Assembly (NCBI GenBank): GCA_046483445.1
Contig: JAWODD010000025.1
Span: 3,636-67,635 of the forward strand
Reading direction: 5' to 3'
Length of the DNA: 64,000 nucleotides
Source of the DNA: Bacillota bacterium
GTDB taxonomy: Bacteria > Bacillota > Dethiobacteria > DTU022
The notes under the pieces are model-generated. The model was not told the origin of the DNA. It did not search any database and was given only the letters and a program-made list of their open reading frames with translations. Both the position numbers and the translations under genes were made by a program. This document shows positions 48,635 to 58,866 of the stretch, piece after piece. Each line of letters begins with the position of its first letter. The first letter of the stretch is position 1.

Positions 48635-49190
48635 TATTTTTCTACTCATTGTTTTTGGACTGCACGTGCTCAATGGCTTTTCAAGAGGCTTAATCAAGCA
48701 GCTTTTTGATATATTCAGTTTTATTGTGGTAATTATTTTGTCGTTTTGGGGCAGCCGCTTTTTTAGTGAGGCTTTGGCTGAATATATCGATCCAGAGAAT
48801 ATCATTTCTCACCATGAGTTGATTGAAAATCTGGGGCTGGAAGTAGCCCTGGAACATGCCCCGCAGTTAATCGCCGGGATTATAACATTTCTGGTCCTGT
48901 TTATAATTTTCAGTATTGTTTTCCGCCTGCTTTCCGGTGGTTTTCGCTGGATTAACCGCATACCGGTGATCGGGTTTTTTAACCGATTTGCCGGGATTAT
49001 TCTGGGAGCGATTATTGGCGTAATTTTCATTTATATAATTGTTGCCCTGGTTTCGATCATCCCACTACAATTTTTTATGGATGCCCTGGAAGAATCGGAA
49101 ATAGTCTTTTTTACAGAACATTACCTGGTTACTATTGTAGAAACGATTAAGGAATTTGCGGTTGATTTTTATCTCAATATGAATAGCTAA
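48621..49190 (+). CDS. cvpA: CvpA family membrane protein
   Basis: MNWFDI..., GFSRGLI, NRFAGIILG; follows zapA. Confidence 0.88.
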   Translation: MNWFDIFLLIVFGLHVLNGFSRGLIKQLFDIFSFIVVIILSFWGSRFFSEALAEYIDPENIISHHELIENLGLEVALEHAPQLIAGIITFLVLFIIFSIVFRLLSGGFRWINRIPVIGFFNRFAGIILGAIIGVIFIYIIVALVSIIPLQFFMDALEESEIVFFTEHYLVTIVETIKEFAVDFYLNMNS

Positions 49191-49319
49191 ACATCACTGG
49201 TTTCGAACGGTTTATTTTATTGCGGCATATCCCTGCTGGAATAGGAGCCGGGAGAAGCCGGTTTTTTTGCCTAATAATGAAGCTGCAGGATAGATAATCT
49301 GGCGAAGGGATAGTTTCCG

Positions 49320-49898
49320 GTGCAGTTTGAATTGGATTTTTTTCTGCAAAATACTGCAGAGGTTGCCAGAAAGCTTATTGGTCACTATTTGTACCGGGAA
49401 ACAGAGACAGGTTTGCTTTCCGGAATTATAGTAGAAACCGAAGCTTACCTGAGCGACAATGATCCAGCCTGCCATGCCTCCCGGGGACAAACCAAACGGA
49501 ATGCCACCATGTTTGGCTCTCCCGGTAGAGCTTATGTATATTTTATATATGGTAATTATTATTGTTTAAACGTAGTCACCGGTCCGCAAGGAAAGGGCGA
49601 GGCAGTTTTAATCAGGGCCCTGGAGCCGTTAACCGGAAAAGAATTTATGTATAAACAAAGAGGCAATCATTGCTCCGAAAAAAATCTGTCGAGTGGCCCC
49701 GGTAAATTATGCCAGGCTTTTGCAATTGACAAGAAGTTTGATAAACATGATTTAAGATCCAGGCCGCTTTATTTGCTGTGTAATGATAACGCTGATAAAA
49801 TTGGGCCGGTTAAGGCTACACCGCGAATTGGTCTATCTGTGGCGAAGGATAAATTGCTTCGCTTTATTGTAGAGGGGAACAACTTTTTGTCGAGGTGA
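49320..49898 (+). CDS. mpg: 3-methyladenine DNA glycosylase (MPG/AAG family)
   Basis: IVETEAY, AYVYFIYG.YYCLNVV, AVLIRALEP, GPGKLC, TPRIG. Confidence 0.93.
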   Translation: MQFELDFFLQNTAEVARKLIGHYLYRETETGLLSGIIVETEAYLSDNDPACHASRGQTKRNATMFGSPGRAYVYFIYGNYYCLNVVTGPQGKGEAVLIRALEPLTGKEFMYKQRGNHCSEKNLSSGPGKLCQAFAIDKKFDKHDLRSRPLYLLCNDNADKIGPVKATPRIGLSVAKDKLLRFIVEGNNFLSR

Positions 49899-49899
49899 G

Positions 49900-52314
49900 A
49901 TGAACTTGTCCGAGGTTATTACAGAACGTGAAATAAAAGTGCTCGAATTTAATCAAATTCAAAATAAATTATCGGGAATGACTGTCAGCCCGATGGGCCG
50001 TGAAATTGCCAGTCAAATATTGCCTTCAGTTGATCCGGAATTAATCAGCCACCGGTTAAAGGAAACCAGTGAAGCCCGTTTGCTGTGTTCAAAAAACGCA
50101 TTTAATCCTCCGGCAGTTGAAGACATTAAGCCATATTTAGTTAGAGCGGAAAAAGGCGCAATGCTTTCAAGCCCTGAATTGGCTGGCATTATGATTTTCA
50201 TTAAGTCGGTTCAACGCTGGCCAAATTTTTTTAGCAACCGGGATAACCGTGAACTCTACCCAATTTTAACGGATCTTTCGCGTCAGATAAATATGTGTGA
50301 AGAACTTTATGCCACCTTGAGAAGAGCCCTTGACGAGGATGGCAATATTTTAGACGGCGCTTCTTCGGAATTATCATCTCTGCGACGCAAGAAACACTCG
50401 TTACAAAATAAAATTAGAGAAAAACTGGATCAGTATGTGCGCAGCGCCAATTACCAGCGGTACCTGCAGGATGCCCTGGTTACCATTCGCGGAGGACGTT
50501 ACGTGCTGCCAGTTAAACAGGAGTACCGGCATTACCTTGAAGGAGTGGTCCACGATCAATCGGCAAGCGGAGCTACTTTTTTTATAGAACCGCTTCCCGT
50601 AGTGGAAATGCAAAACTCGCTCACTTCCCTGCAAAAACAAGAAGAAGAAGAAATTGAGCGGATCCTGTTTCAATTAAGTAGCCAGGTGGCCTCTGCCGAT
50701 AAACAACTGGCAAATAATAGGGATCTGTATGGAAAACTTGATTTTATTGTTGCCTGTGGAAGGTTGAGCCTGGAGATGGGCGGCATTGAACCGGTGCTTT
50801 ACAAAGATGAAAAGGAGAGAGCTATTTTTGACCAGGCCATCCATCCACTTTTAAGCGGTGAAAAAGTCCCCCTTTCTGTTGAACTCGGTGATAATGCTCA
50901 GACTCTTGTAGTTACCGGTCCCAATACGGGAGGTAAAACAGTAGCGCTTAAAACTATTGGTCTTTTGACGATTATGGCCCAGTGTGGTCTCCACGTTCCG
51001 GCTAAAAAAGATACCAAGCTCACTGTATTTGAAAAAATCAGGGCCGATATCGGCGATGAACAAAGCATAGTCCAGTCACTCAGCACTTTTTCAGGTCACA
51101 TGAAAAATATTATTTCCATTGTAGAAAAAGCAGGTAGCGGTTCGCTGGTCCTTTTTGATGAACTGGGCGCGGGAACTGATCCTACAGAGGGTGCAGCACT
51201 GGCCATGGCTATTTTAGAAGAATTGACCACAAACGGAGCTTTGACGGTAGCAACTACCCATATCAATGAATTAAAGCTTTTTGCCCAAAGGCAGGAGAAG
51301 ATGCAAAATGCGGCGATGGAGTTTGACCTTGATACCCTTGCGCCCACCTACCGCTTGTTACAAGGCATCCCGGGCCAAAGCAACGCTTTTTATATAGCCG
51401 GACAGCTCGGATTGCCGGAAAATGTTTTGCAAAGGGCTAAAAGTTTTATGCATCGATCTCATGAGCAGGTTGAATCAATCATTGCAAGCCTGGTTGAAGA
51501 TCAGCAGCGCTATTCAAAGGACAGCCGCCAGGCTGAACTGGAACGAAACCGAGCGGAAATGATGATGGCTGAACTGGAGAAGGAACGAAATTTATTGCGA
51601 GCCAGGCGTGAGGACATTATCAAGGAAGCGCGGGAAGAGGCGCGCCAATTAGTCAGGCGAGTGAAAAAAAATGCTGATGAATTGATCAAAGAACTGCGGA
51701 CGATTAAAAGCGAAGGAGGAGAACAATCTCTTGCCCAGGCTGAGCAGGTCCGCAACCGCTTAAATGAACTGCGCCGGGAAGTTGAAGCGGAGCGGGAAGA
51801 TGAAGAAGACTTTCAACCCCAGCCCTTGAATAAGGACGATCTTTACGTAGGGCGGGAAGTTTATATTAACAGTTTAAAGCAGAGCGGTGAAATTATTTCT
51901 ATTTCAGGCAGTGAAGCAATGGTCCAGGTTGGCGCTATAAAAGTTAATCTGCCGGTCAAAGAATTGATGGAGATTCAAAAAGGCGGTCAAAGCGTGCCGG
52001 AAAAACGGAGCAAAGCAGGAACCGGTTTTTTGCAGAGCCATGGCTATAGTGTTAGAAAGGACGCTTCCGTTAAAAGTTCATTAGATTTGCGGGGATTAAC
52101 CCTGGAAGAAGCAACCCCAATGGTAGATAAATTTCTCGATAATGCTCTCTGGGCCGGTTTAAACCAGGTTGATCTTATCCATGGAAAGGGCACTGGCAAA
52201 CTTAAACAAGGCCTCTGGTCTTACTTAAAAGATCACCGGTTAGTTCGGAAATATCGTGTCGGTGAAACCGGTGAAGGTGGAGAAGGAGTAACAGTTGTAG
52301 AAATAAGGGCATAG
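49900..52314 (+). CDS. mutS2: Endonuclease MutS2
   Basis: HDQSASGAT, TGPNTGGKT, SLSTFSGH, DELGAGTDP, Smr domain LDLRG...IHGKGTG. Confidence 0.96.
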   Translation: MNLSEVITEREIKVLEFNQIQNKLSGMTVSPMGREIASQILPSVDPELISHRLKETSEARLLCSKNAFNPPAVEDIKPYLVRAEKGAMLSSPELAGIMIFIKSVQRWPNFFSNRDNRELYPILTDLSRQINMCEELYATLRRALDEDGNILDGASSELSSLRRKKHSLQNKIREKLDQYVRSANYQRYLQDALVTIRGGRYVLPVKQEYRHYLEGVVHDQSASGATFFIEPLPVVEMQNSLTSLQKQEEEEIERILFQLSSQVASADKQLANNRDLYGKLDFIVACGRLSLEMGGIEPVLYKDEKERAIFDQAIHPLLSGEKVPLSVELGDNAQTLVVTGPNTGGKTVALKTIGLLTIMAQCGLHVPAKKDTKLTVFEKIRADIGDEQSIVQSLSTFSGHMKNIISIVEKAGSGSLVLFDELGAGTDPTEGAALAMAILEELTTNGALTVATTHINELKLFAQRQEKMQNAAMEFDLDTLAPTYRLLQGIPGQSNAFYIAGQLGLPENVLQRAKSFMHRSHEQVESIIASLVEDQQRYSKDSRQAELERNRAEMMMAELEKERNLLRARREDIIKEAREEARQLVRRVKKNADELIKELRTIKSEGGEQSLAQAEQVRNRLNELRREVEAEREDEEDFQPQPLNKDDLYVGREVYINSLKQSGEIISISGSEAMVQVGAIKVNLPVKELMEIQKGGQSVPEKRSKAGTGFLQSHGYSVRKDASVKSSLDLRGLTLEEATPMVDKFLDNALWAGLNQVDLIHGKGTGKLKQGLWSYLKDHRLVRKYRVGETGEGGEGVTVVEIRA

Positions 52315-52352
52315 CAGTTACCAGCGTTTAATTGCTGTAGGCTATGCCCTTA
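52304..52352. terminator. Bidirectional terminator mutS2/pbp
   Basis: TAAGGGCATAGC ... GCTATGCCCTTA. Confidence 0.7.
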
Positions 52353-52357
52353 TAATA

Positions 52358-55189
52358 TTATTCAGAACCCTTCGATACCACCAGGTTTACCCGATCACCT
52401 TCTGAGAGGGTTTCCCCTGGATTAGGACGTTGTGAGATAACCCGGTTAAGGCTTTCTTCTTCGCTGTGCTCATAATTGACAGATCCTACTACTAAGCCTT
52501 CTCTTTCCAGTTTGGCCCGGGCAATAGCTGCGTATGAACCGGTAACATCGGGAACAGCTACCGTATCTCCCTCACCCGTCTGTCCGGCAATTTCTCCGCT
52601 TTCAGTAGTTTCGGTGCTCACCTTGATTTCGGCTTGCTCGGAGCCCCCACCGCCGGGGTAACGTGCAGTAAGGGTGTAGGTATATTCACTGTCCAATTCT
52701 ATATCGCCATCTGAGTATTGCCGTGCATTGCCATCAAGTTCAGTTATACTATTTTCATCCGGATCATCGGGGGATTCACGAACAACCTCAAATGCTTCTA
52801 TATTATCAGGTCCGTCATACTCCCACTGTAAGGTGACCCCGTCGGTAAATATATGTGCATCAAACCGGGTAATTGTATCAGTGGTTGAGCCGCGCTGTTC
52901 AAGTTTGCTTACCCTTAAATCGGTATCTTCAACGTCCTGAGGGATCCTGTCGGCACCGCCCGACCAGCGTTTGTCGGTTTCAATATAATCCGGTCGGCTG
53001 TAAGTTCGCCTGTCCACATGCATGTTACAGCTTTCTGTAGGTGCCTGGCCTTCTATAAAGTAATCGGTGATTACCGCATCATCAGCTTCACAGTAACGGT
53101 TTGGAATTTTACCGGATCTTTTGCATACTTCCATTCTAACGATACCCTCCGGTCTTTCAAATTCCTCAATTTCCAAGGTTTCAAACTTTTCCAGGAAAAC
53201 TTCACGCATGATACTGGTTGAAAAACGCCAACCTTCCCTGATCCCGCCTAATTGTGGTTCGTCATAGCCAATCCATAAGGCAGTGACCAGGTTGGGGGTG
53301 TAAGCCATTAGATAGGCATCTTTCCAGTCATCAGTGGTCCCGGTTTTGGCAGCAACCGGGCGATCAATGTCTAACGCGCTGCCGATATATTCAGTTACGT
53401 AGTCCTGTAAAATATCATTGACCAGGAAAGCAGCTTCCGGGCTAAGGACTTGATTTGGTTCAACGTTCTTTTCATATATTATTTCACCGTGGCGATCTTC
53501 GATTTTTTCCACAGTATGGAGATCTATTTTGACACCTGAATTGGCGAAAACGCTGTAAGCCTGAGTCATATCAATAGCGCTAACTCCCCTGGAAAATCCG
53601 CCAAGGGTTAAAGCCAGGTGATTTGCTTCCTCCGGTTGGATGGTGCTGATGCCCATCCTCTCTGCATATTCCGCCCCAACTTCGGGGCCGAGTTTTTCAA
53701 AGGCACGGACGGCCGGAACATTATAAGATTTAAACAGGGATTCCCTGACCGGAGTCATTCCCCTGAATTCATAATCAAAGTTTTCCGGAAACCAGTCCAA
53801 TTCTTCAACGTAATAAGGAGCATCATCTAATGTTGAGCCGGCGCCGGCTAAAACTCCCTCTTCAAAAGCAGGGCCATAAGTTGTAACCGGCTTAATAGCC
53901 GAACCGGGCTGCCGCAGGGTAGCAAACCTTAAAACTTCATCTTCGTTTTTACGGTATTCGCGACCGCCAACTAGAGCCATGATCTCACCGGTGCTTGGAT
54001 CGGCCATTACCATCGCCGCCTGAGGTTGGGCAATCCCCTCTTCTTCATCGACCAATCCTTCCAGTTGACTTTGGGTCAAGCTGGCACCGGGGGGAAGATT
54101 GGCTATTTCTTCCCTGGCCTTATCCATGTCAATCTTCATAGTTGTCGGGTAAAGCTCTGATAGCCCCAGGACCTCTTCGACATGATCTTGGATTGAAGGG
54201 TCAAGGGTGGTGTAAACCTGCAGGCCACCGGTGTAAATGGCCCGGTAAGCTTCTTCCCTGGAACCGATAGTGGAAATTTCGCTTAAGATTTGCAATAGTT
54301 CTCTGTGAATCACATAATCGATGAAATATGGATGCGGATATTCAGGACTCTCAGCCTGGGCGTAATTCATTTCCTGTTCGGTTGCTTCCCGGTATTCTGC
54401 TTCACTGACATACTCAAGCCTTCGCATGGTCGAAAGCACCGTTCTCATCCGGGATTCAGCTTCAGCAACATTGTTGATCGGGTTATAATAATTTGGCGCA
54501 CGAACAGCGCCAGCCAGCATGGCTCCTTCAGCCAAGTTGAGCTCGCTGACACTTTTGTCGAAATAGGTTTGTGAAGCTGCTTCAACACCGTAAGCGCCAT
54601 TGCCGAAATAAATTCGATTTAAGTACATTTCTAAAATTTCTTCTTTACTGAAGATGCGTTCGAGCTGAATAGCAAGCCAGATTTCTTGAACTTTACGCTT
54701 ATAACTGGTTTCAGTGGTCAAAAAGGCATTTTGGGCCAATTGTTGGGAAATTGTACTGGCTCCCTGCACAATTCTGCCGGCCCGGAAGTTAGTGTAGGCG
54801 GCTCTTAAACTGCCTGTGATATCAAAGCCAAAATGATCGTAAAAGCGTTCATCTTCGATAGCGATAAATGCTTTTTGGACATGTTCCGGTATATCTTTCA
54901 AACTGACTGCTACCCGGTTTTGTTCATCATGGAGTTTAGTAATTTTATTACCTTCACTGTCATACAGATACGAAGTTTCCACTGTTTCCAACCGTTTCGA
55001 ATCGAGTGGTGGGGCCTCATTAATCCAGTTGGCCAGAATAATGGCTGTTACGCCTCCACTAACAAGGAAAATTAGGAAAATCGTCAACAGGCTTATTTTA
55101 AGTATTTTCCATTTTTTACCAGAATGCTTGGGTTTATTTTTAAAACCGTTATTTTTTTGTTGATCAAAGGGTAATTTTTTCTCTGCCAC
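52358..55189 (-). CDS. Class A penicillin-binding protein (PBP1A) with FN3-like and PASTA domains
   Basis: AIEDERFY.H.G, GASTISQQLA, YLNRIYFG, RQPGSAIKP, SYNVPAV, KTGTT; C-terminal VPDVTG...VISQRP. Confidence 0.93.
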   Translation of the reverse strand: MAEKKLPFDQQKNNGFKNKPKHSGKKWKILKISLLTIFLIFLVSGGVTAIILANWINEAPPLDSKRLETVETSYLYDSEGNKITKLHDEQNRVAVSLKDIPEHVQKAFIAIEDERFYDHFGFDITGSLRAAYTNFRAGRIVQGASTISQQLAQNAFLTTETSYKRKVQEIWLAIQLERIFSKEEILEMYLNRIYFGNGAYGVEAASQTYFDKSVSELNLAEGAMLAGAVRAPNYYNPINNVAEAESRMRTVLSTMRRLEYVSEAEYREATEQEMNYAQAESPEYPHPYFIDYVIHRELLQILSEISTIGSREEAYRAIYTGGLQVYTTLDPSIQDHVEEVLGLSELYPTTMKIDMDKAREEIANLPPGASLTQSQLEGLVDEEEGIAQPQAAMVMADPSTGEIMALVGGREYRKNEDEVLRFATLRQPGSAIKPVTTYGPAFEEGVLAGAGSTLDDAPYYVEELDWFPENFDYEFRGMTPVRESLFKSYNVPAVRAFEKLGPEVGAEYAERMGISTIQPEEANHLALTLGGFSRGVSAIDMTQAYSVFANSGVKIDLHTVEKIEDRHGEIIYEKNVEPNQVLSPEAAFLVNDILQDYVTEYIGSALDIDRPVAAKTGTTDDWKDAYLMAYTPNLVTALWIGYDEPQLGGIREGWRFSTSIMREVFLEKFETLEIEEFERPEGIVRMEVCKRSGKIPNRYCEADDAVITDYFIEGQAPTESCNMHVDRRTYSRPDYIETDKRWSGGADRIPQDVEDTDLRVSKLEQRGSTTDTITRFDAHIFTDGVTLQWEYDGPDNIEAFEVVRESPDDPDENSITELDGNARQYSDGDIELDSEYTYTLTARYPGGGGSEQAEIKVSTETTESGEIAGQTGEGDTVAVPDVTGSYAAIARAKLEREGLVVGSVNYEHSEEESLNRVISQRPNPGETLSEGDRVNLVVSKGSE

Positions 55190-55410
55190 TTTTTCTTTTT
55201 ACCTCCTAAAAAATAAAGAAAATCACCTATTTTAATTATATCATAATTGCTCAAAATGAAATAAGCAAGCACAGATGATGCTGACATCATAACATATCTT
55301 GATTAATTCGAGTATTATTTTATTATGTTTCCTTTTAAAATTACTTGAACCGAATAAAGTAAAGACAATTAATAATCAATTATGATATAATATCCCAAGG
55401 TGATAAACTC

Positions 55411-55830
55411 ATGAAAAGTTTAAAAGTAAAAACTGCCGATTATTTTATAATCGGCTTTATAGTGTTAACCGGACTATCAGTAATGTGGTTTAACCTGCAG
55501 GTGGTTAGCGCCGCCGGTCAAAAATATGCTACGGTTCATTTAAAGAACGAACAGGTAGTCGAACTTTCGCTTTCTGAAGGTGAGACATATGATTATGAAA
55601 TAACCTTTGGAAAAGACAATCAACATGCAGCTGAAGTTGAAGTAAAAAATGGCAGGGTAAGGATGCTCCCTATTAGTGAAGAATTGTGTCCAAAGGCAAT
55701 CTGCTCCCATACCGGTTGGATTGAACATTCTTATGAAAGTATAGTCTGTTTGCCCAATAAAATCATGATCGACATACAGACGTTTTCACCGGGAGAAAGC
55801 GATAATGATATTGATGGGGTAACCTACTGA
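55411..55830 (+). CDS. NusG domain II-like (DUF1312) membrane-anchored protein
   Basis: N-terminal TM helix; CPKAICSHTGWI....SIVCLPNKI motif. Confidence 0.85.
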   Translation: MKSLKVKTADYFIIGFIVLTGLSVMWFNLQVVSAAGQKYATVHLKNEQVVELSLSEGETYDYEITFGKDNQHAAEVEVKNGRVRMLPISEELCPKAICSHTGWIEHSYESIVCLPNKIMIDIQTFSPGESDNDIDGVTY

Positions 55831-55969
55831 TAAAATTGATTAACCTTTCCCTTCCGTTAATTTTTAATATTGCTAATCTGTTTATTCCCATATATTAAAA
55901 AGACTGTTTGGTTTTTCAGTTAAACGGGGCTGATGAAATTAGTTAAGTTTATCAGCAGGTTTGTGGTTG

Positions 55970-55998
55970 TTGACAAAGAAAATAAAGGTCTATATAAT
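55970..55998 (+). promoter_or_regulatory. Consensus sigma-A promoter of yceD-rpmF
   Basis: TTGACA-N17-TATAAT. Confidence 0.85.
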
Positions 55999-56023
55999 TA
56001 CTTTAGTTTTTTGGGGTGTTAAT

Positions 56024-56554
56024 ATGATTATTCATTTGCCTGATATTAAATCAAAGCCGGGCGAAGCTTTAAATTACAGTTTCCAGGTAGAGCTTGATGA
56101 TTATTATGATGATTTTCCCGAGGGCGGAAAAGTAAAAATAAACCTCAATGCCTCTTACAGCGAAGGGGAGGTATTGATTAACGGCAGCTTTGAAGCATCA
56201 ATAACGGCATATTGTTCAAGATGCCTGGAACCATTTGTCCAGGTTCATAAAGCTAACTTTAACGAATTATTTACGGTGGTTCAGGGAGAGTTCAATGAAG
56301 AAGCTTCAGCTACCCTGGCTGAAGAAGCCGCCAACCGATTAATTGTTAGTGGAGATAACCTTTATCTTGAAGAATATATTCGCCAGTTGATCATTGTGAC
56401 CCAGGAATACCGTCCGCTCTGTAAACCTGACTGCAAAGGAATTTGTGACCAGTGCGGCACTGATCTTAACCAGTCATCATGTCAATGTAATAAAGATGAA
56501 GACTTGATTGATGTCAGGCTGCTTAAATTAAAGGAATACTATTCGGGCGATTAA
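56024..56554 (+). CDS. YceD/DUF177 family protein
   Basis: CSRCL, LCKPDCKGICDQCG.DLN...C.C; precedes rpmF. Confidence 0.9.
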   Translation: MIIHLPDIKSKPGEALNYSFQVELDDYYDDFPEGGKVKINLNASYSEGEVLINGSFEASITAYCSRCLEPFVQVHKANFNELFTVVQGEFNEEASATLAEEAANRLIVSGDNLYLEEYIRQLIIVTQEYRPLCKPDCKGICDQCGTDLNQSSCQCNKDEDLIDVRLLKLKEYYSGD

Positions 56555-56575
56555 GCTTGTTAAGGAGGATTTAAA

Positions 56576-56752
56576 ATGGCTGTTCCAAAGCGAAGAACTT
56601 CCAAGTCTAAAAGGAATATGAGAAGAGCAAACAAAAAGATATCCGCTCCTCACCTGGTTCCCTGTCCTCAATGCCATGAATTAAAGCCTACCCACCGGGT
56701 TTGTTTAAATTGTGGATATTACAAAGATCGAAAAGCTGTAAAAACTGATTAA
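56576..56752 (+). CDS. rpmF: 50S ribosomal protein L32 (absent from the ORF track, 58 aa)
   Basis: Hand translation MAVPKRRTSKSKRNMRRANKKISAPHLVPCPQCHELKPTHRVCLNCGYYKDRKAVKTD*; RBS AAGGAGG. Confidence 0.97.
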   Translation: MAVPKRRTSKSKRNMRRANKKISAPHLVPCPQCHELKPTHRVCLNCGYYKDRKAVKTD

Positions 56753-56826
56753 GATTAAATAGACAGTACGCCAATTATTGGAACCAGGGGCGTACTGTAT
56801 CTATTTTTAAAGGTATATTTAAAAGG

Positions 56827-57879
56827 ATGTGTGAAGGCGTGGTACGAGTAGCGATAGATGCAATGGGCGGTGATTATGCACCGGGAGAGATAGTAGCCGG
56901 CGCTGCTGCCGCTCTCAATGGTTTAAATGATTTAGTAATAACTTTGGTCGGGCGCCAGGATGATCTAAATGAATGTTTAAAGGGGCACAGGTATCCTGCA
57001 GGGCGCCTGGGGATAATTCACACAGATGAAGTAATTGCTCCTGGTGATGACCCGGGTCTATCTATCCGGAAAAAAAATAATGCCTCCATGGTCAAGGTTT
57101 TGCAAATGGTCCGGGATAAACAAGCTGATGCAGCCCTCAGCGCCGGTAACACCGGAGCCTTGATGGCCGGGGGGCTGTTTTTTTTAGGAAGGCTGAATGG
57201 AATAAGCCGCCCGGCTTTACTTACGCCAATGCCGAGCTTTAATGGAAGCGCAGTGTTGTTTTTGGATGTCGGGGCCAATATGGATGCGAAACCGGAACAG
57301 CTTGTACAATATGCGCATATGGGCCGGGTTTATGCTCAGCAAATTCTTGGCTGTTCTGAACCAAGGATCGGTTTGCTTAATGTAGGAGCAGAAGCAAACA
57401 AGGGCAATGCGCAGGTAAGGAAAGCTTACTCTATTTTAAATGATTCCCTTCCCGGTTTTTGCGGTAATGTGGAAGGAACTGATGTTTTCTATAATGTAGC
57501 CGATGTAGTCGTGTGTGACGGTTTTGTCGGCAATATATTTTTAAAGACTACTGAAGGACTGTCAAGGACAATCCTGGGTTTCTTCAAGCAGGAAATCAGC
57601 AGTAAACTGCGCTATAAAGCAGGTGCTATGCTGCTTCGCCCTGTTTTTCAAGGGCTGCGCAATAAAATCGATGATTCCGGCTACGGTGGAGCGCCCCTTT
57701 TGGGGGTTAATGGATTATGTATAAAATGTCATGGTTCTTCGAGAGCTCGATCGGTAGAGCAGGCTTTATATAAACAGGTTCAACCATTTGTCAAAAAGGA
57801 TGTTACCCGGCAGCTTCAGGAGTCTTTAAAAGATCTGGCCGGAATACTTGATGGAGGAGAAGATGAACAACCATTATAA
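56827..57879 (+). CDS. plsX: Phosphate acyltransferase PlsX
   Basis: IDAMGGDYAP, SAGNTGA, DVVVCDGFVGN, GGAPLLG; start may be GTG 56839. Confidence 0.96.
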   Translation: MCEGVVRVAIDAMGGDYAPGEIVAGAAAALNGLNDLVITLVGRQDDLNECLKGHRYPAGRLGIIHTDEVIAPGDDPGLSIRKKNNASMVKVLQMVRDKQADAALSAGNTGALMAGGLFFLGRLNGISRPALLTPMPSFNGSAVLFLDVGANMDAKPEQLVQYAHMGRVYAQQILGCSEPRIGLLNVGAEANKGNAQVRKAYSILNDSLPGFCGNVEGTDVFYNVADVVVCDGFVGNIFLKTTEGLSRTILGFFKQEISSKLRYKAGAMLLRPVFQGLRNKIDDSGYGGAPLLGVNGLCIKCHGSSRARSVEQALYKQVQPFVKKDVTRQLQESLKDLAGILDGGEDEQPL

Positions 57880-58852
57880 TGCAGCAATTACCGGAACTGG
57901 CGCAGCTTTGCCCGAACAGGTCCTTACTAACCATGATATGGAAAAAATGGTTGAAACCAGTGATCAGTGGATAGTCTCCAGGACCGGGATCAAAGAGCGG
58001 CGCAAGCTGGAAAATGGTTTTTCCAACACGGATTTATCGGAAAAAGCGGCAAGAGAAGCACTTGACAGAGCAGGGTTGCCTCCTTCAGAAATTGATATGA
58101 TTCTAGTGGCTACTGTAACCCCCGATTATCCAACGCCGGCATCTTCCTGTTTGCTTCAGGCCAGGCTGGAAGCCTTTAATGCCGCGGCAATGGATTTATC
58201 CGCTGGCTGTACCGGTTTCATTTACGCTTTAACTGTAGCGAATCAATTTATAAAGGGCGGTTGTTATAGAAACATCCTGGTTGTGGGTGTGGAAATACTA
58301 ACCCGGGCAACCGATTGGGAAGACCGAAGCACCTGTGTTCTTTTTGGGGACGGAGCCGGTGCGATAGTTGTCCAGCGTACCCTTGAGGATAGAGGCATAA
58401 AAAGTTGCTCATTAAAAGCGGACGGACGCGGTGCAGAGTTGCTTTACATTCCGGCTGGAGGCAGTAAACATCCGGCCAGCCAGGAAACAGTGCAAAATCG
58501 CATGCATTATATAAAAATGAATGGCAATGAAATTTTTAAGTTTGCTGTAAGCCAGGTTGAGGATACGCTTTATGCACTAATGCAAGAGGAAGGGCTCAAG
58601 CCCGAAGATCTTGACCTGATTTTTCTCCACCAGGCTAACTTAAGGATTATTGATTATGTTCGCAAACACATTAAACTGCCGCCGGAAAAGTTTCCCGTTA
58701 ATATTGACCGTTTTGGCAACACTTCATCGGCAACAATACCCATATCAATACATGAAGAATTAGTTGCCGGTCGTTTAAAAAAAGACGACCTGATAGCAAT
58801 GGTAGGCTTTGGTGCCGGTTTGACCTGGGGCGGTATTTTGATGAAGTGGTAG
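57863..58852 (+). CDS. fabH: Beta-ketoacyl-ACP synthase III
   Basis: ETSDQWI..RTGI, SAGCTGF, HQANLRII, GNTSSA, GAGLTWG. Confidence 0.96.
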   Translation: MNNHYNAAITGTGAALPEQVLTNHDMEKMVETSDQWIVSRTGIKERRKLENGFSNTDLSEKAAREALDRAGLPPSEIDMILVATVTPDYPTPASSCLLQARLEAFNAAAMDLSAGCTGFIYALTVANQFIKGGCYRNILVVGVEILTRATDWEDRSTCVLFGDGAGAIVVQRTLEDRGIKSCSLKADGRGAELLYIPAGGSKHPASQETVQNRMHYIKMNGNEIFKFAVSQVEDTLYALMQEEGLKPEDLDLIFLHQANLRIIDYVRKHIKLPPEKFPVNIDRFGNTSSATIPISIHEELVAGRLKKDDLIAMVGFGAGLTWGGILMKW

Positions 58853-58866
58853 AAAGGGGGATTACC

